Source: Podarcis melisellensis
Taxonomy: Eukaryota
Length of the DNA stretch: 64,000 bases
Assembly: GCA_964234715.1 (NCBI GenBank)
Contig: OZ174277.1
Strand: one strand, 5' to 3'
The translations under genes were made by a program, and so were the position numbers. The notes under the pieces are model-generated. The model had not been told where the DNA came from. It saw only the letters and a list, made by a program, of their open reading frames with translations, and did not search any database. Position 1 is the first letter of the stretch. Every line of letters starts with the position of its first letter. Shown here piece after piece: positions 11,162 to 25,678 of this stretch.

Positions 11162-11390
11162 GTAAGATCTTAATGTGCCTTTCATTGCGGCAATTATTTT
11201 ATGATTTGTAAATCAAAAGTGGAGTATTCCCCCCAACACATTTTTTTATTAATTTGTTTATATTCTTCTTTTACCATCAAAGTTATATTCTTTTGGTTGT
11301 TCTTGAGTTGTTTTCATATTTGGTTTTATGGTTTCTTTTGTTTGCTTGTTTTTCTTTTCTTTTTCTTACTACTTTGAAAACTTCATTTAG

Positions 11391-11717
11391 GCCTTTGAGG
11401 AAGAGATCGCCACTCGCAACAAAAATTTGGAGCAAGCTATTAATATTGGTCAGGCTTTAAAGGCATTGAGCTCCAAGGAAGACAAGGAAATGGTGCAGGA
11501 GAAACTAGATTCTTCAGAAGCCCAATACACTGAGATTCGAGAGAAAAGTGGCAGTAGGGCTCAGCTTCTACAGCAAGCCTATTGCAATGCTCAGATTTTT
11601 GGAGAGGATGAAGTTGAATTGATGAATTGGCTGAATGAAGTACATGAGAAACTGAGCAAACTGGCAGTCCAAGACTACAATACTGACTTGCTTGTGAAAC
11701 AACAAACTGAAATGCTG
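11391..11717 (+). CDS. DST: DST exon 5 AFEEEIATR...QTEML (109 aa, probable cassette)
   Basis: TAG|...|GTATTT, phase 0-0, 327 nt. Confidence 0.92.
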
Positions 11718-11968
11718 GTATTTCCATTTATTTTCTGTTGATTTTATTTTACCATTTTAAGCACTATTTCATATTACTTCTCATTTTTTTTTGTATTGTT
11801 ATAGTCGTTTAATTCTGTATCCTATTCATTTATTTTTAAGCCTTTATCCTCCCCACACCCAGCTCCAATTCTCACTCTGAGAGAATAAGTGGCTGCTTAT
11901 AGACTTACAGTTTTATAGATTTTAAATGATGACTTCTCTGATGATAAAAGCATTCTAAAATTTCCTAG

Positions 11969-12053
11969 GCTCTCCAAGAAGAGATTCTGCTCAGAAAGCA
12001 AAATGTTGATCAGGCTATACAAAATGGTTTGGAGCTTCTCAAACAAACAACAG
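11969..12053 (+). CDS. DST: DST exon 6 [10 protein letters not shown]...KQTT
   Basis: TAG|...|GTGAGA, phase 0-1. Confidence 0.95.
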
Positions 12054-14328
12054 GTGAGAAAGCCATGAGGAAATTAATGATTTATGACAACGAAGACAAG
12101 TAAAGTAGAAACTTTGGGGGGCTCACTGACTCCTACTGGAACCTTTTTAAAGCTCATTTTTTTAAAAAAACCTTTTTGTTCATAAGTAATGGGATAAGTT
12201 TAAAATTATGGTTGTAGTGTGTAATAAAGTTTCACAATGTAATACTATACCTGTCCACTCAGAGGTAAGCCTGACTGAGCTCAGCAGAGCTTACTCCCAG
12301 GTAAGAAAGCAGTAATGAGAGTTGGTGTAGCATAGTGATTGAGAGCATGATCTGGGAGTCCTCAGTTCAAATTTAACCACAGCCATGAACTTCCTAGGTG
12401 ACATTAAGCAAACCATTAACTCAGCCTCATTCTTCCTGCTGTAATATTCTACTGGTCTACTGTGCAGGGCTATTAGGAAAATTTAGGGCTGATAGGAATT
12501 TTCTCAGAAGAGAATTTCTTAACAGATGTTTGAACAGTTGGAAAATTTCACTCTACTGCTGGGGAATATATGGTAAAATAGCCTTCTCGATTTCACCCTC
12601 TGTGAATTTTGAGCACACACTGGATCCAGCTTTAATATTGTTGTGGGGAACAATAGACTTGGCCTCTGCTCCTTCCCATTCTCCTCTCTTAGTCCATTGC
12701 TTCCTTGATCAGCCAAGAGGCCATGGGGTAAGGTGATGTTATGAGCCAGCACAAGTGGTTAGCTGCTACTGTTCTGGAGTGGAGCGTATTCAGAATCCCG
12801 GGGCAATACTGCAGGTACTGACCCAGTGTTTCTTTGAATGAGCTCAGGACTATGGCTAGTGATCCCGCAGCGAAGGTAAGAGTTGTTGTCCCATTGAACA
12901 GAGACTTCAATTTGGGAAAGGGAGAGACAGTGAAAAAATGCTACCAGCCCTTGACAGAGCATATTTTCCTGCTGAAAATAGTGACTACAAATCCCAGAAT
13001 GTCTGACAGGAAACTAACTTTCCATGTGTCGTTTCTGTCAGGGAGAGGGAAGGCCTTATCCTTTATGGAAATAGCATATAGATCATTTCTTTGCCTCTGG
13101 AAATTATTTCTCTTATTCGCATTAAAGGTCTCATCACGAAATGTTGTTCTGCTAGGGACAAGACCCCCAAATTTTGGGGAGTCTTAGGGTTCAGGGATTT
13201 GTAAATGAAATACAGTGGAGGGTGGCCAAGAAGCTTCGTAAATTTTTGAGCTTAATACTAAAAGCGGCTTGAGACTTTTTTATAGTACAGTATTCAGTTG
13301 AAACTCTTGAAAAGTTTGGACACCTTTTGGAGCAAACAAGAGTGTGATCACTCACCTGTAACTTGAATATGCATGGTTCTGGAAGAATTTGATTTTAGTT
13401 TGAATAGTTCTTTATTTTATGATTTTTGAGTAGCACTTCAGCATTTTAAAGCAGTTTGCAGTGTGTGGTATCATGATGCATGTCCATTTGGATTTCAGCC
13501 AGTAGATGTAAGGAAGGAGTAAATAGACTGCTTAAAGAGCTTTATAGAAGAATGTTGTAGTAAATGCAAAAAAAGGAGTTTTTTTAAAAAAATGGACTGA
13601 GTAATTAGTCTACCTATTGCTGTGAGAGAGGCTGCTTCCCCTACAGTGGACCTAGTACTGTGGGAAAGTTGCATTCCAATTGCACACAGCATTTCTGGCT
13701 TGTAGACCAACATCTTCTAAATTTTCCAGTCTCTAACTCCATGAACTCTCCAAGATATACATAGTTTGGGGCTGGGAAGAAGGGAGGGAGGAGAGAAGGA
13801 GATGAATTAGAGAATTAGAAGCTGAATTGTTCACTGAAAGGTAAACATATAGTATAACGAACACTGCAGTTTCAATTCTGACTTTTACTCTCTGTATAAC
13901 AGCAGTTGCATGGACATAGCCACTCAAAGAGGAAAATGTTCTTAATTGTAATTAGCGCTCTCAGTTGATTCATTACCTGCCTTATTTTAATTGATTAAAT
14001 TTAATTACTGTACATACCACAAAATCTCAATATTTGTGTAATTTCATGTATATTGGAGAAAAGACATAGTTGGTTGTTGTTTTAAAGATATAGTCAAATA
14101 AAGTTGCCATGCGGTGTTAGAAGGAAAGGCCATCCATCTGCTCCTTAGCTTGGAATGCTATCACGTTATTCCCATATTCAGAGAGACTGATTCTGAACTT
14201 CAGAGCAGGCAACACCCTGAGCCATGAATACTGAGCTCTGCCTACCATACTGCCTGTCACCTACTCAGAAATCAATAGGCCTCCCAGCTTGTACTGATGA
14301 TTTAATTGGCGTGAGCCAGTGCATATAA

Positions 14329-14448
14329 CAGGGATAGGGAGTCCAGATGTTGTTGGACTCCATCTCCCATCAGAGCCGGCCAATAATCATGCGAAAATGG
14401 GAGTTGTAGTCCAACAACATCTGGATGGCCACAGGTTCCTCATCCCTG
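14329..14448. mobile_element. short palindromic hAT-type MITE (degenerate relatives ~16850-16975, ~46403-46530, ~55198-55290)
   Basis: ccagatgttgttggact...agtccaacaacatctgg inverted arms, CAGGG..CCCTG ends. Confidence 0.7.
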
Positions 14449-14695
14449 ATCTAGAGAATCCTGATTGGCTGAGGCTTGACCTAGATTTATTTGGTGGAGC
14501 CCAATCTAAAATAAGACAGGGATGGGGTGGGGTGGGCTAAAGTTGCATGTGCACAGCGAAGCTTCCATGCTTAGAAGAAAAACTAGCTTGATCAGGATGA
14601 AATATTTGTTCTGTTTTCACCTGTGGACTTAAACACTAAAAACATCCTGGTCGCTTTAGATGATTAGTGTGTTAAATACCCCTCTCGCATTGCAG

Positions 14696-14937
14696 GTGAT
14701 GAAGTTGTCATAATTCAAGATAAATTGGAAGGCATTAAAACAAGGTACAAGGACATAACTAAGCTGAGTTCTGATGTGTCCAAGACTTTAGAACAGGCTC
14801 TACAGCTTTCTGGTCAGCTGCAGTCAGCTCATGAGAAACTCTGCACTTGGCTGGATAAAGTTGAGGTGGAATTACAGTCGTATGAAGCGCAGGTCCCCAA
14901 AGGTGAAGAGTTAAGTCAAGCGCAAGAAAGACAAAAG
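14696..14937 (+). CDS. DST: DST exon 7 [10 protein letters not shown]...QERQK
   Basis: CAG|...|GTGAGC, phase 1-0. Confidence 0.95.
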
Positions 14938-15514
14938 GTGAGCGTAAAATGCTGTGTTTGCTTGTGGACAGCCTTCCGGGGGCCACATGCCAGTGGGTGG
15001 AGCAACAAGCGGGACACTTCCCTTTGTAAAGCTACACGGAAGTTGGGACATTTTTGCATTTATTTACACCTCATGCACATCCCTTCACCAGCTAAGCAAG
15101 AAGCATTATCATATTTCAAGAATGCATTTCAGAGTAGGGGAGGGAGGTGGAGAGAGAGAGATGGGGTATTGTTCTTTTGCACTATCACCTTTTATTAGTT
15201 TAGAGGTTTGTGTCAGCATCATGTAGGTAGGTCCTTTGTTTATTTATTTATATTGATAGTGTGAGAGGTTAGGGGGTCCCAAGCGTGATTGTAACAAAAG
15301 CAAAGGTAGCCAAGTTGAAAAGAGCGATATTTATAGCTTTGGCTTGCAGCAGTAGCATTTCAACTATGTACTCTTAAACTAAATAAAAAAAACTGAAGAT
15401 GGGAGAAGGAGAAAACCAAAAAAGCCCCTTGGGTGGAACCTTTGAGCTATGCAGATTTTGTTTCTGCGCCAATGCGTTATTTTTAATTTGTTTACCTTAA
15501 ATATTCCTTTTTAG

Positions 15515-15721
15515 GCACTGCAAAAAGAAGCAAAAGATAATAAAAGTTTACTGGACACTCTTAACGAAGTCAGCAGTGCTTTGCTTGAACTGGTGCCATG
15601 GAGAGCAAGGGAAGGGATAGACAAAATGATCACAGAAGACAACGAACGGTACAGATTAGTGAGCGACACTATAACTCAGAAGGTGGAAGAAATTGATGCT
15701 GCCATTTTCAGATCGCAGCAG
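15515..15721 (+). CDS. DST: DST exon 8 [10 protein letters not shown]...FRSQQ
   Basis: TAG|...|GTAAAA, phase 0-0. Confidence 0.95.
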
Positions 15722-18686
15722 GTAAAAATGTCCCTAATTCTCATTTCAGTCTATGTGTGATAGGGGGAAAAAATATGTATATTTATCTGTTCTAGGAATA
15801 CATCCAGGTGTATATCTGGGAATCCCTACCAAAAGAAAAGGCTGCTGTTCATATTATTGGCACATGCATGCTACGTCTTTGCAAGAACTGGGGCCAAACT
15901 TGAAAAGAGCTTGGTCATAGTTGTCAGACATGAGTCCTAGACCAAAGCAAATCCAGTCATTGTTGTAGCCATCTGTCTTCTAGTTGACACAGAAATTACA
16001 GATCAGTCTCATACTGAGAGGCATTACGAGTGGCATCATGCAGTGATCTCAGTGGGAATTTCAGTACAGAAAGAATTGTAAACTCAAACCCTGTAACTTA
16101 TTATTTATGCTGCTATGTAGGTCATATATCAGCTTGTGTAAATGAATGGTTGAAGTAAAGATGTGTACAGTAGCCAGTGGATGCAGTTTTGCAGGAAATA
16201 TAAACATTATTTGCAGTTGTGGGCAGCATTAAAATGGGCTTAATATACACATCAGTGTTTTGTTCGAAGGTTTTCTTTTTCTTTGTTAGAGCTTCTAATT
16301 TGTTGGCCCTTTAATTTAGTATGACTCAGTTTATATGCCTCTCTTTCAAAACAGAATGTTCAGGCCAAAAGTACCTTCTCTGATTATAAATGTGAGATGA
16401 CAGCAAATGTTTGTGGCTTGTTTCAAATAGATTAAACAGTGTGATAAAGAATTACTCATGAAAAACATGGAGAAACCTCAGCCCACGTAATTTGCTTTTC
16501 AGTCATGATTCATAATTAAAGAATAAGATATGACAGCTTATCCATTAAATTTCACCTTCAGTTGGAAGTGACTCTGTCACCACAAACATGTAAATTATCA
16601 ACTTTCTCAAGCAGCTTAATAGGATTATTTCTTGTTCAACCAGCATATGTTGAAAGCATCAGACATAATGAAGAATTCTGATGACCTCTAAAGGTCGCAT
16701 GTGCTCCCACCATCATGAGTGGGTCCAATAAAAGTTATCCACCATATCAGTTTCTCTACCTCTTTCTTTTAGGAACATGATTCACATTGAAACTTGTTGT
16801 GTATATTTATTTGTCTGTTTAAACTGGACCATTCAGGGATTGTGCTACAGTAGACTTCTCTAACTTGGTGCCCTCAATATAATTTGGACTCCAGATCGCA
16901 GCAGCCCCAGTCAGTATGGCCAGTGATGGAAACTGTATTTCAAAGCATTTGGAAAGAACCAGGATGGGGAAGGCTCTCAAAGTTCTCCAAAGCTCTCAAG
17001 TTCAGTTGAGAACTGGTCTGGTGAGCCCAGGGGAAGAAACAAAGTTGAGGATGGAACATTTGCATATGACAGCAGTGCCTAGTGGGATAACAGACCCTGG
17101 CTTGCCTTCCCCTGCGCCATCTGCATATTGAAGGGGAAGGTCTGAAATGAGGAGTCTGCTTTGTGTGTAGGCTCTCCCTTCTTTAGAACCTTCCCCCAGA
17201 GTGTGGAAGTCAGGGTACCGCCAGTAGTATTGTCATGGTGGGGGGAAGCTCAGTGGGCACGAACTTGCTCTATTTTCCCATGCATGTTTGGAAAATGACA
17301 TTTGAAAGAAATCCACTAGTGGTCTCTGAACGGATAAGATTTTCGGGGGGGGGGGGAAATATGTGTATGCTATAGATACTCATGATTTGCGGTCGGACAA
17401 CTGGACTGTCAACTTCTACCAAGTAGCAATTCCTATTTTGCTGCCCATTGATTTTAATGCCATTGATCTAGCCTAACTAAAAAATAATCTCTCTATTGAG
17501 GCAGGGAAATAATCTTAAAGATGGACAAGAGCAAAAGATGTTTAAAGAAAAGCAAGTATTAATATTACCTTTGATGTTTGTGAGAATTTTGACAGAGAAT
17601 TCCGGTTGAAGTATAAAGTATAATGTGGCTCTGACATTTCCTGCTTCCTCTTTGTAACACTTCTGAAATAAGCTGATTTTGATATACTCCTCAGTGTCAC
17701 AGAGAGCCCTAGAATTTATTAAAATAAGAATAAACTGTGTGGGTATTATAAGAAGCTGCATTATATTCAATCACAGCAACGAGACACCTAGCCTCACACT
17801 CTTAACCACTAGCACTGATTCCAGGATGCTGTGCTGCTGACCTGAAAGTCATTATTCTTCAACAAAATAACTTCAAAGGGAAACTTTAGCAAGCAGCTGC
17901 TGAACAAAAATTTATCAGCAAGCTTGAAGCTACTTGTTTCAATTTCAAGTTTTTTTCTCCTATTACCTTAAATTATCACAGCATAGGGAGGAAAATTATA
18001 TCGTTGCATATAATGTGTGAATGATCACTGTGTTTATTTCGTATACTTTTGAGCTTTGCACAGAGGCATCACACTTGCCTTTCAAAGATATTTGGCCCAC
18101 TGCTTACAATCTTTACCTTTCTGACTCTATGTGTTTGACAAATGCCACTGAATCATGTTGCACTATTCTGCCTTGCCTTTCCTGTCCCTTTAAAAATACC
18201 CAGATTTCTCTCATCCTCCATCATATCTCTGAAGTGAAGAGACCACTTCTCCTCTTCCAGGTCTAAATGCACAAACTGTGGAAAGCTTATGGTCTAGCAG
18301 AAAAGTTAACAGGCACTATCTTGTTGCCATTGACACCTTGATCGCTTCATCCTCTATCCCCTCCCGAAGGTGTTGCAACACACTTTCTTAGCTATGTGCA
18401 ACTCCCTTAGAATTGCAGCTTAAAATACCCACCATTTTAGAACTGACCTAGAGGCAGCTTTGCAATTTAGGGTTTTACTGGTTCTGATATCTAAAATATA
18501 AACAGGTTCTCATAAACTTGAGGCTGTGTAAATGTAACCAGTGCAGTCTTACCACTGAGCTATGATCCCCACCTCTCAGTCTTATCACATGTCTTTTCTG
18601 AAATATCTTTTCCATTTAAACCCTCTACCCATCAAGTTGGAGGTTTTTTTATGAATTGCTATTTTATTTTTTTGTGTTTTCTTTAG

Positions 18687-18806
18687 TTTGATCAAGCAGC
18701 CGACACTGAATTAGCCTGGGTTGAGGAAACAGAAAATAAATTGATGTCTCTGGGTGACATTAGGCTTGAACGTGACCAGACCATTGCTCAGCTACAAGTT
18801 CAAAAG
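18687..18806 (+). CDS. DST: DST exon 9 [11 protein letters not shown]...LQVQK
   Basis: TAG|...|GTGAAC, phase 0-0. Confidence 0.95.
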
Positions 18807-18951
18807 GTGAACAAATGTGATTCCATCTGTAATGCAATAATTAATGGCCATTACTTTTTCTGCCATGATTTAATTTTCAAACCATTATAGTGCAGGCTTT
18901 TGCTCTATGTCCTCATATTCCTAATACCAGAGTATTGTATTATGTAATTAG

Positions 18952-19059
18952 GCATTTACCATGGAGATTTTGAAACACAAGGATACAATAGAAGAGCTTG
19001 TTGCATCTGGGGATGAGATTATGAAGACATGCACGGAAGAGGACAAACAAACCATGAAG
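18952..19059 (+). CDS. DST: DST exon 10 [10 protein letters not shown]...KQTMK
   Basis: TAG|...|GTAATG, phase 0-0. Confidence 0.93.
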
Positions 19060-19813
19060 GTAATGGAGCATGATTTGCACTTGCTTACCAATAACTTTGA
19101 AAATCTGCATGCATAAGGGATTCCCAAGCCATGTCGCTGGAGCCCACTAAGATTATGTAAGGGGGGCTGAAATGTGCCTTGAAAGCTTAAGCTGCCTCAA
19201 GTTGGCTGCATCATGCAGCGCGTGGTTAAACTATGGAACTTGCAGGAGGCAGTGAAGGCCTCTAACTTGCATGGCTTTAAAAGAGGATTAGACAAATTCA
19301 TAGAGGATAAAGCTATCAGTGGCTTTTAGCCATAATGGCTATTCTCTGCACAGTTGTAGGCAGCGATGCTTCTGAATACCAGTTGCTGGAAACCAGAGGA
19401 GGGGAAAGTGCTCTTGTGCTTGAATCTTGCATGCTGGTTTTCCACAGGTCATTGTGAGAACAGGATGGGGGACTAGATGGACCATTGGCCTGATCCAGCA
19501 GGTTCATCTTATGTTCTTAAAACTTACTTGAAATGCCTTTTAAAAGGCCTTCAGTAGACACTCGAAATTCAACAGGAAAGAGGGCCTGCCTGATATCAAC
19601 CGGGGGGAGTTCCATAGAATTGGACCCAGAATGCTGAATCCAGAACTCCTTGGTGGATATGCCTCCCCTAAGCACCTGCCTACTTGCCTCCTAAAGGACT
19701 AAAAGATTGCCCACCCCGTTATATCAAGAATAGTCACCTGCCACAGTGGTAATCTTGTAAATGTCTCCAACCAAAATATAAATGCTGGTGTTTGTTGGTA
19801 ATTTCTTTAATAG

Positions 19814-20032
19814 AAGAAGCTGGAAGACCTCTTGCAGAAGTATAATATACTCTGTCAAATGAACTCTAAGAGGAACCTGCAGCTAGAAAGAGCTCAGTCT
19901 CTAGCCAGTCAGTTCTGGGAGACTTATGAAGAGATTTGGCCGTGGCTAACGGAAACAAAAACAGTAATATCACAGCTTCCAGCACCAGCTCTTGAATATG
20001 AAACCCTAAAGCAACAACAAGAAGAGCACCGG
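19814..20032 (+). CDS. DST: DST exon 11 [10 protein letters not shown]...QEEHR
   Basis: TAG|AAGAAG (tandem NAG acceptors)...|GTAAGT, phase 0-0. Confidence 0.93.
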
Positions 20033-21511
20033 GTAAGTTTGAAGTCGCCTTACAAAATGCTGTTAATTCCAAAGGTCAAAAGAAGTGCAGCCCTCTCTTT
20101 AGCATGTCGCATTTACCAAACCAACCAATACTTATCAGATTTTACATATTTTTTTACTCTCTGTTAAAAACAACAACCCAAAATCCATTTTCTTATGAAA
20201 TAAAAATTTTCTATTTTAATATAACCACAAGTTTGAGATTATTCTCAAGGCAGAGCAATCATTGTGAAAAGTGGATTAGTGAATTAGTGGCCTAACTCTG
20301 AACAAATTATTTACATATTTTTTTTAAGGAATGAAAATGTTCAACAGTATCCAAAATAGTTGGAATGCAAAGCAAGCTGTGGTGTTCCCTAAGGAAAAAA
20401 AAATCAAAAATCCAAAGTTGGGAAACACCTTAATTTGAACCAGCCAAAGTATCACATTCTTTTGAGTTCTCCAGAACTCTTAGTCAGGATGTTATGCCAA
20501 GCAGAGGATAGGGAAAAGGGGGTGGGGGACAGCAACAAACAACAAAAATGGTTGTGGCCACTACGTCTGCATTTAGATTCAGTTTTAAGAGAGATTGCAG
20601 GCTGGATTGGACTAGGTGCTACAGACTCAGTCTGTACCCAGGATTTTGGGGAAAGAAGTGATGGCTGACCCCCAATTTTGGAAACAAAAAGTCCAGCAGT
20701 TACTCAGTTCTGCCTCCAGCCTTAACAAAAGACAGAGGTTCCTGACTAGGCAGAGTGCAGCAATAACGAGAAACATGGCTGTCTTCATATTAGCAAGGTT
20801 GGAGATTAATTATAGAGAGTGTTCTGGGTAGAAAAATGAGCTAAAGCCTCATTGAGTAGTAGTGAAGGCACACTGAATGCAACAGAAACTAGAGACAAAC
20901 AAAAGAAAAAGTACCCAGAAGCACCTTCTAAAGTGAACTTTAAAACTATAACAGTTTGTTCCGTTAAGTTACGCTTTAAAAGGAGCTGAACAAATTGCAA
21001 CAGTGTGTTGCTTCCATTTTAAAGCACAGCATTTTCTCTGAGTCTCAAAAATATTGGATGATCTTAATATGATTCCTTGATGTAACCTTGGAGGTTTGAT
21101 TTGCTTGCTTTTGTTACAGCACTAGAGCACTAGAGAGCTATTTATAATCATATTTAAACAATTTGGCATCTTCTGGAATGCCATTACTTAATAAATCATT
21201 TAGAGTGCCGGACAACTGGCTGAATACTTTTGACTAGTTATATTGTTTTGCTTCCCAGATTCTGTTCTTTTAAATATCTTGGTTGACTAAAATGCTGTTT
21301 TTCTAGTATAAAGGAAACGTCATATGCTTAGAGCTGAAAACACAACAATAAGGCTAAATGGATATATCCAGTATGAGTTATACTTTGTCTTAGCATGCAG
21401 ATGGGATTGTTTATTTAGACCACCTTGCCAGCTGAACGTGTTGGACGCAAAGACAGCTGGAATGTGGCGATGTAAGGGATAGATACTGATAAGTGTTTTG
21501 CTTTGCTATAG

Positions 21512-21715
21512 CAACTGCGAGAGTTGATTGCTGAACACAAGCCTCATATAGATAAGATGAATAAAACCGGACCTCAGCTTCTGGAACTGAGCCCACGAGA
21601 AGGTTTTTCAATCCAAGAGAAGTATGTAGCAGCTGATGCCCTTTATAGTCAAATTAAAGAAGATGTCAAAAAGCGAGCTCAGACATTGGACGAAGCCATA
21701 TCTCAGTCTACCCAG
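21512..21715 (+). CDS. DST: DST exon 12 [10 protein letters not shown]...SQSTQ
   Basis: TAG|...|GTAACA, phase 0-0. Confidence 0.95.
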
Positions 21716-22732
21716 GTAACAATTAGATTCCATCTGCAGGATGTTGTTATCTTAAATCAATAGACTTTAGGTACATAGTGGACTTGCCAAGACACTACGT
21801 CATCAAATATGTGAATACTCCCATCATTGCACATAAATTTGCTCTTCCTATCTGTTAAAGAATTAAGGGCATTGTATTTTGGTGAATCAAATCTTCCCCA
21901 TGTGCCATTATGCCAAGGAAAGGCATAATTAAAAAAATGGAAATATTCTTATCCTATTTGGGAATTACAAAATTGTTTTTCCCTGAATAATAAAGCCAGT
22001 ATCCTACATAATAGTGATTTGTTCATGCATGCACACAGTCAAAGAGGCTAATTGGTGTCAAGACAGCCCAAGGTTTCTCCTGGTGTCTTTGCCAAAAATA
22101 GTGGTGGTGGGACAGTGACTGACTCTTGGTCAGACTTGGCATGAAGCAACTTCCAACTTTCCAACATAATGCTGCTGCATTATAGTTTTCTGACCCTACC
22201 TACCTAGGAACTAGATGCTTATGTTCATACCATGTCTATAAATCACTGCCACATAATGTTAACAGTAATTAACCAATGCAGTAAGATATTTATTAGATAA
22301 AACTTATTAATGATGTGAATTGCTGATATTTTTTAAATGACACAACACATTGTGGCTAAGGATAGGTGAAAGAAAAAATGTGTTATTCCCTCTGTGTTAT
22401 AAAACCATGTTCAGGAAACTGTTAATACATAGTATTAATACATGGTGATGATGAGACAGATAACAATTGGTCTGTACTGTGAAGCTGCCTAGTTCACTAA
22501 CAAGCAGATATGATTTGGACACCTTGATTGGGAAGCATAAATTTTGCTTAAACTAAGATCATAAATCTGTTGAGAAAGACAAAAAAAGTCACAAAAATAG
22601 TTAAGGATGCTTTAAGCATGTTCATTCAGCTATAACTGGGTTTTTTCTGGTTTGACCCAATTCCTTTTAAATGTTGCTAATAATCTGTCACTCACCCAGT
22701 CTTCTCTCCCTCCTCCCCATTTGTCTGCATAG

Positions 22733-22964
22733 TTCCATGACAAGATAGATTCGACCACTGAGAGCCTAGAACGCATTGTGGAACGTTTGAGGCAACCGCC
22801 TTCCATCTCAGCTGAGGTTGAGAAGATTAAAGAACAGATCAGTGAAAATAAGAATGTGTCTGTCGACCTTGAAAAACTTCAGCCAGTCTATGAAACCCTC
22901 AAGCAGCGTGGGGAGGAGATGATTGCCCGTTCAGAAGGCGCTGATAAGGACATCTCTGCTAAAG
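22733..22964 (+). CDS. DST: DST exon 13 FHDKIDST...DISAK
   Basis: TAG|...|GTAGAC, phase 0-1. Confidence 0.95.
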
Positions 22965-23059
22965 GTAGACTTCAGAATTTTACATTTCAAAATAAATGCA
23001 TGAACAAGTTTCCACAAGCAGAACTTTATATACCTGCCCGTGTATCTTTTGCTTCCTAG

Positions 23060-23286
23060 TGGTTCAGGATAAGTTGGATCAAATGGTCTTTATGTGGGAA
23101 GACATCCATACCCTGGCTGAAGAAAGGGAGGCCAAATTGCTTGATGCAATGGAATTAGCAGAGAAGTTCTGGTGTGATCACATGGCTCTCATAGCCACTA
23201 TTAAGGATACACAGGATTTTATCAGAGAACTAGAAGGAGCTGGAATTGATCCTTCAGTGGTAAAGCAACAGCAAGAAGCAGCAGAG
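23060..23286 (+). CDS. DST: DST exon 14 VQDKLDQMV...QEAAE
   Basis: TAG|...|GTAGGT, phase 1-0; follows a 95-nt intron. Confidence 0.95.
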
Positions 23287-25053
23287 GTAGGTGAAGTGTA
23301 ACTGTTGGGCTTAGACTACTGTCCTGTTCCCATATATTTCTTAGCAATCATGTATAAGCGTGTTAGTAGTTTGGACTATATTGTTATGCTATGTTTAGTG
23401 GAAATTCCTTTACAAATCATCATGGCTGGTTCAGATGTAACAGGAAACCATTGTTTCCAGCTATGTGAATGAGCCACACTGAACCACCTCCTCCTGTCTC
23501 CAGCGCAAGGTTCTCCACAGCTCATTCACACTGTGGGAACTCCTAATTACCCATTCTATATGGACAGGACTAGATATAGAGTCCAGCACCATCTGTGTGG
23601 ATTTATTTTGCTGCTTTAAGAAACAAAAATCCCTGTGTGTAACAAATGCATAGCTACAGGTAATCATGGCCTGCATTTTTTTGCCTTCCTGCACTAGTCA
23701 GTAATGCCCTTTTTTCTCTTCAGAGTCTATGCATTGCTGAATGAAAAGACTTGCATGGGGGAAAATGCATTTGAAGTAATAATGAAAGGTGATGGCTGTG
23801 TTCTACCTCCAATGTCAAAGGCAGTTTGCCTCTGAATATCAGCTCCTGGGATTCACAAGTGCTGTTGTGCACAGGTCCTGCTTGTGGGTATCTGGTTGAC
23901 CACTGTGAGAACATGATGCTGGACTAGATAAGCCTTTGGCCTCAACCCAGCAGGACTCAGCGTTCTTTCTGATGACTATTGTGTCCTTATAAGGCATCTA
24001 ATGATGATTCAAGCATTGGGCCGGATTCAGTTAACCCAGTTTGCTAATGGAAGCCAGCACAAGAACTTCTACTCGCTCAATAGAGATTCACCCCTCTTCT
24101 CCCCCTTCACCTCCCAAAAATCTGCTCTGGAGGGTCAGGGGAACCCCCAGAACAGCATGGAAAGGGAGGAAAAGGGAGATGGTTGCATCTGACAAGCAGA
24201 AATGCCTTTGCTGGTGGAATATTGGCATAGTGTGATGTTGAATTCCACCCACTGAGTGGGGGAAAATTCATGCATTAATCACCTTTAGAAGACTATCCAT
24301 TCTCACCCAGGCCAATCTTCCTCCCAACTTGGTGTTCAAATGACTGCACAAGTTTGGTCTTTTGGTTACGTTTCTGATAGCCACTCCCCTCCCCAGTATT
24401 GTCTGTTGAAGTGAGAGGACTTTCCTAAGCCATTTGTGATTTGCTGTGGTAGGATGTGTGTGGGATAAAGTGGAAGAGAGGGAATAAAATAATCTCACTG
24501 CCATTGGACATGCCTAAAACAGCTCTGGTTTCCAACCTTTATTCACAAAAGTCATAAACATTCATTACAGGGAAATAATACCAGCCTGAGACCATGTGAC
24601 ATTGAGACATTGCACTTTTATTTGATAATATTCATAAGCAAGACCTACTAATTTGTTTAAAAGGAGGCTAATATTCACCTTATTTTCTTAGCATTATGGT
24701 GTCATTTTCCCATACTGTATGGCTACAATGTTAGCCTATTGAATTTGAAAGCTGTTTTTCTAAGCAGGTGGATATGTCGGTCCCTGTAATGTTCTGGGTA
24801 CAGAGGAATTGTTAAACTCCTGCCACAACAACCTTCTGTCCAATGGGTGAAGAAAAATCTGCTCTTAAACTACCTCCTTCATGTTGTCATCTTCCTTATA
24901 TATCAATATATTTTTTAAAAAATTAAGGTCAGCATGGTCTTATGCTATGCTAGTTAAATACTCATGGATAGCAAATAATGTTTGCCACTCTGAATGAATC
25001 TTAAATATTAAATTTAATAATATGGAAAGTTTAACATTTTGTTTCTCTTTTAG

Positions 25054-25176
25054 ACTATTAAAGAAGAGATAGATGGGTTACAAGAAGACTTAGATGTAGT
25101 GGTAAGCCTTGGCTCTGAACTGATAGCAGCATGTGGAGAACCTGACAAACCATTAGTCAACAAGAGCATAGATGAG
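25054..25176 (+). CDS. DST: DST exon 15 [10 protein letters not shown]...KSIDE
   Basis: TAG|...|GTATGA, phase 0-0. Confidence 0.95.
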
Positions 25177-25678
25177 GTATGAGTCATGGAATTGTTTGGC
25201 ATTTTATGCCCATATGAAATGGATAGAAAGGTGTTTCTTTTTTTAAGTTGATGTATGGTGCCTAATTTAAATACTTGGCAAACAAACAGGGTTCTTTGGG
25301 GAGTCAAAAGTAAAATTCACCACACTGGCTTCTGGTTTGATTTTGAAACCTTCAAGGCACTTTGCAGAACTGAAATAAACCTATGAAGCTCATAGTTTAA
25401 CTTGCACTGATATGTGGAATCATCCACATATTTAACTATGGTAGGGTAATAAGTCACCAAAAACTTGGGTGGAGGGGATCCTGGTCCTTGACAGAGACAT
25501 ATCCACCTAGATTTAGTGATGTTCCTTGCTCTTATTATAATGTTAGGGAAGCTCTTGCATAATTTTTATATTGCAGATAGAGAAACTTTAATCTAATTTC
25601 AATCCTAAGTTTTAACATATAGGTTATAGACATTGCCTTCCAGGTTTTTAATCAACTGAATCTCCATTTAAAATGCAG

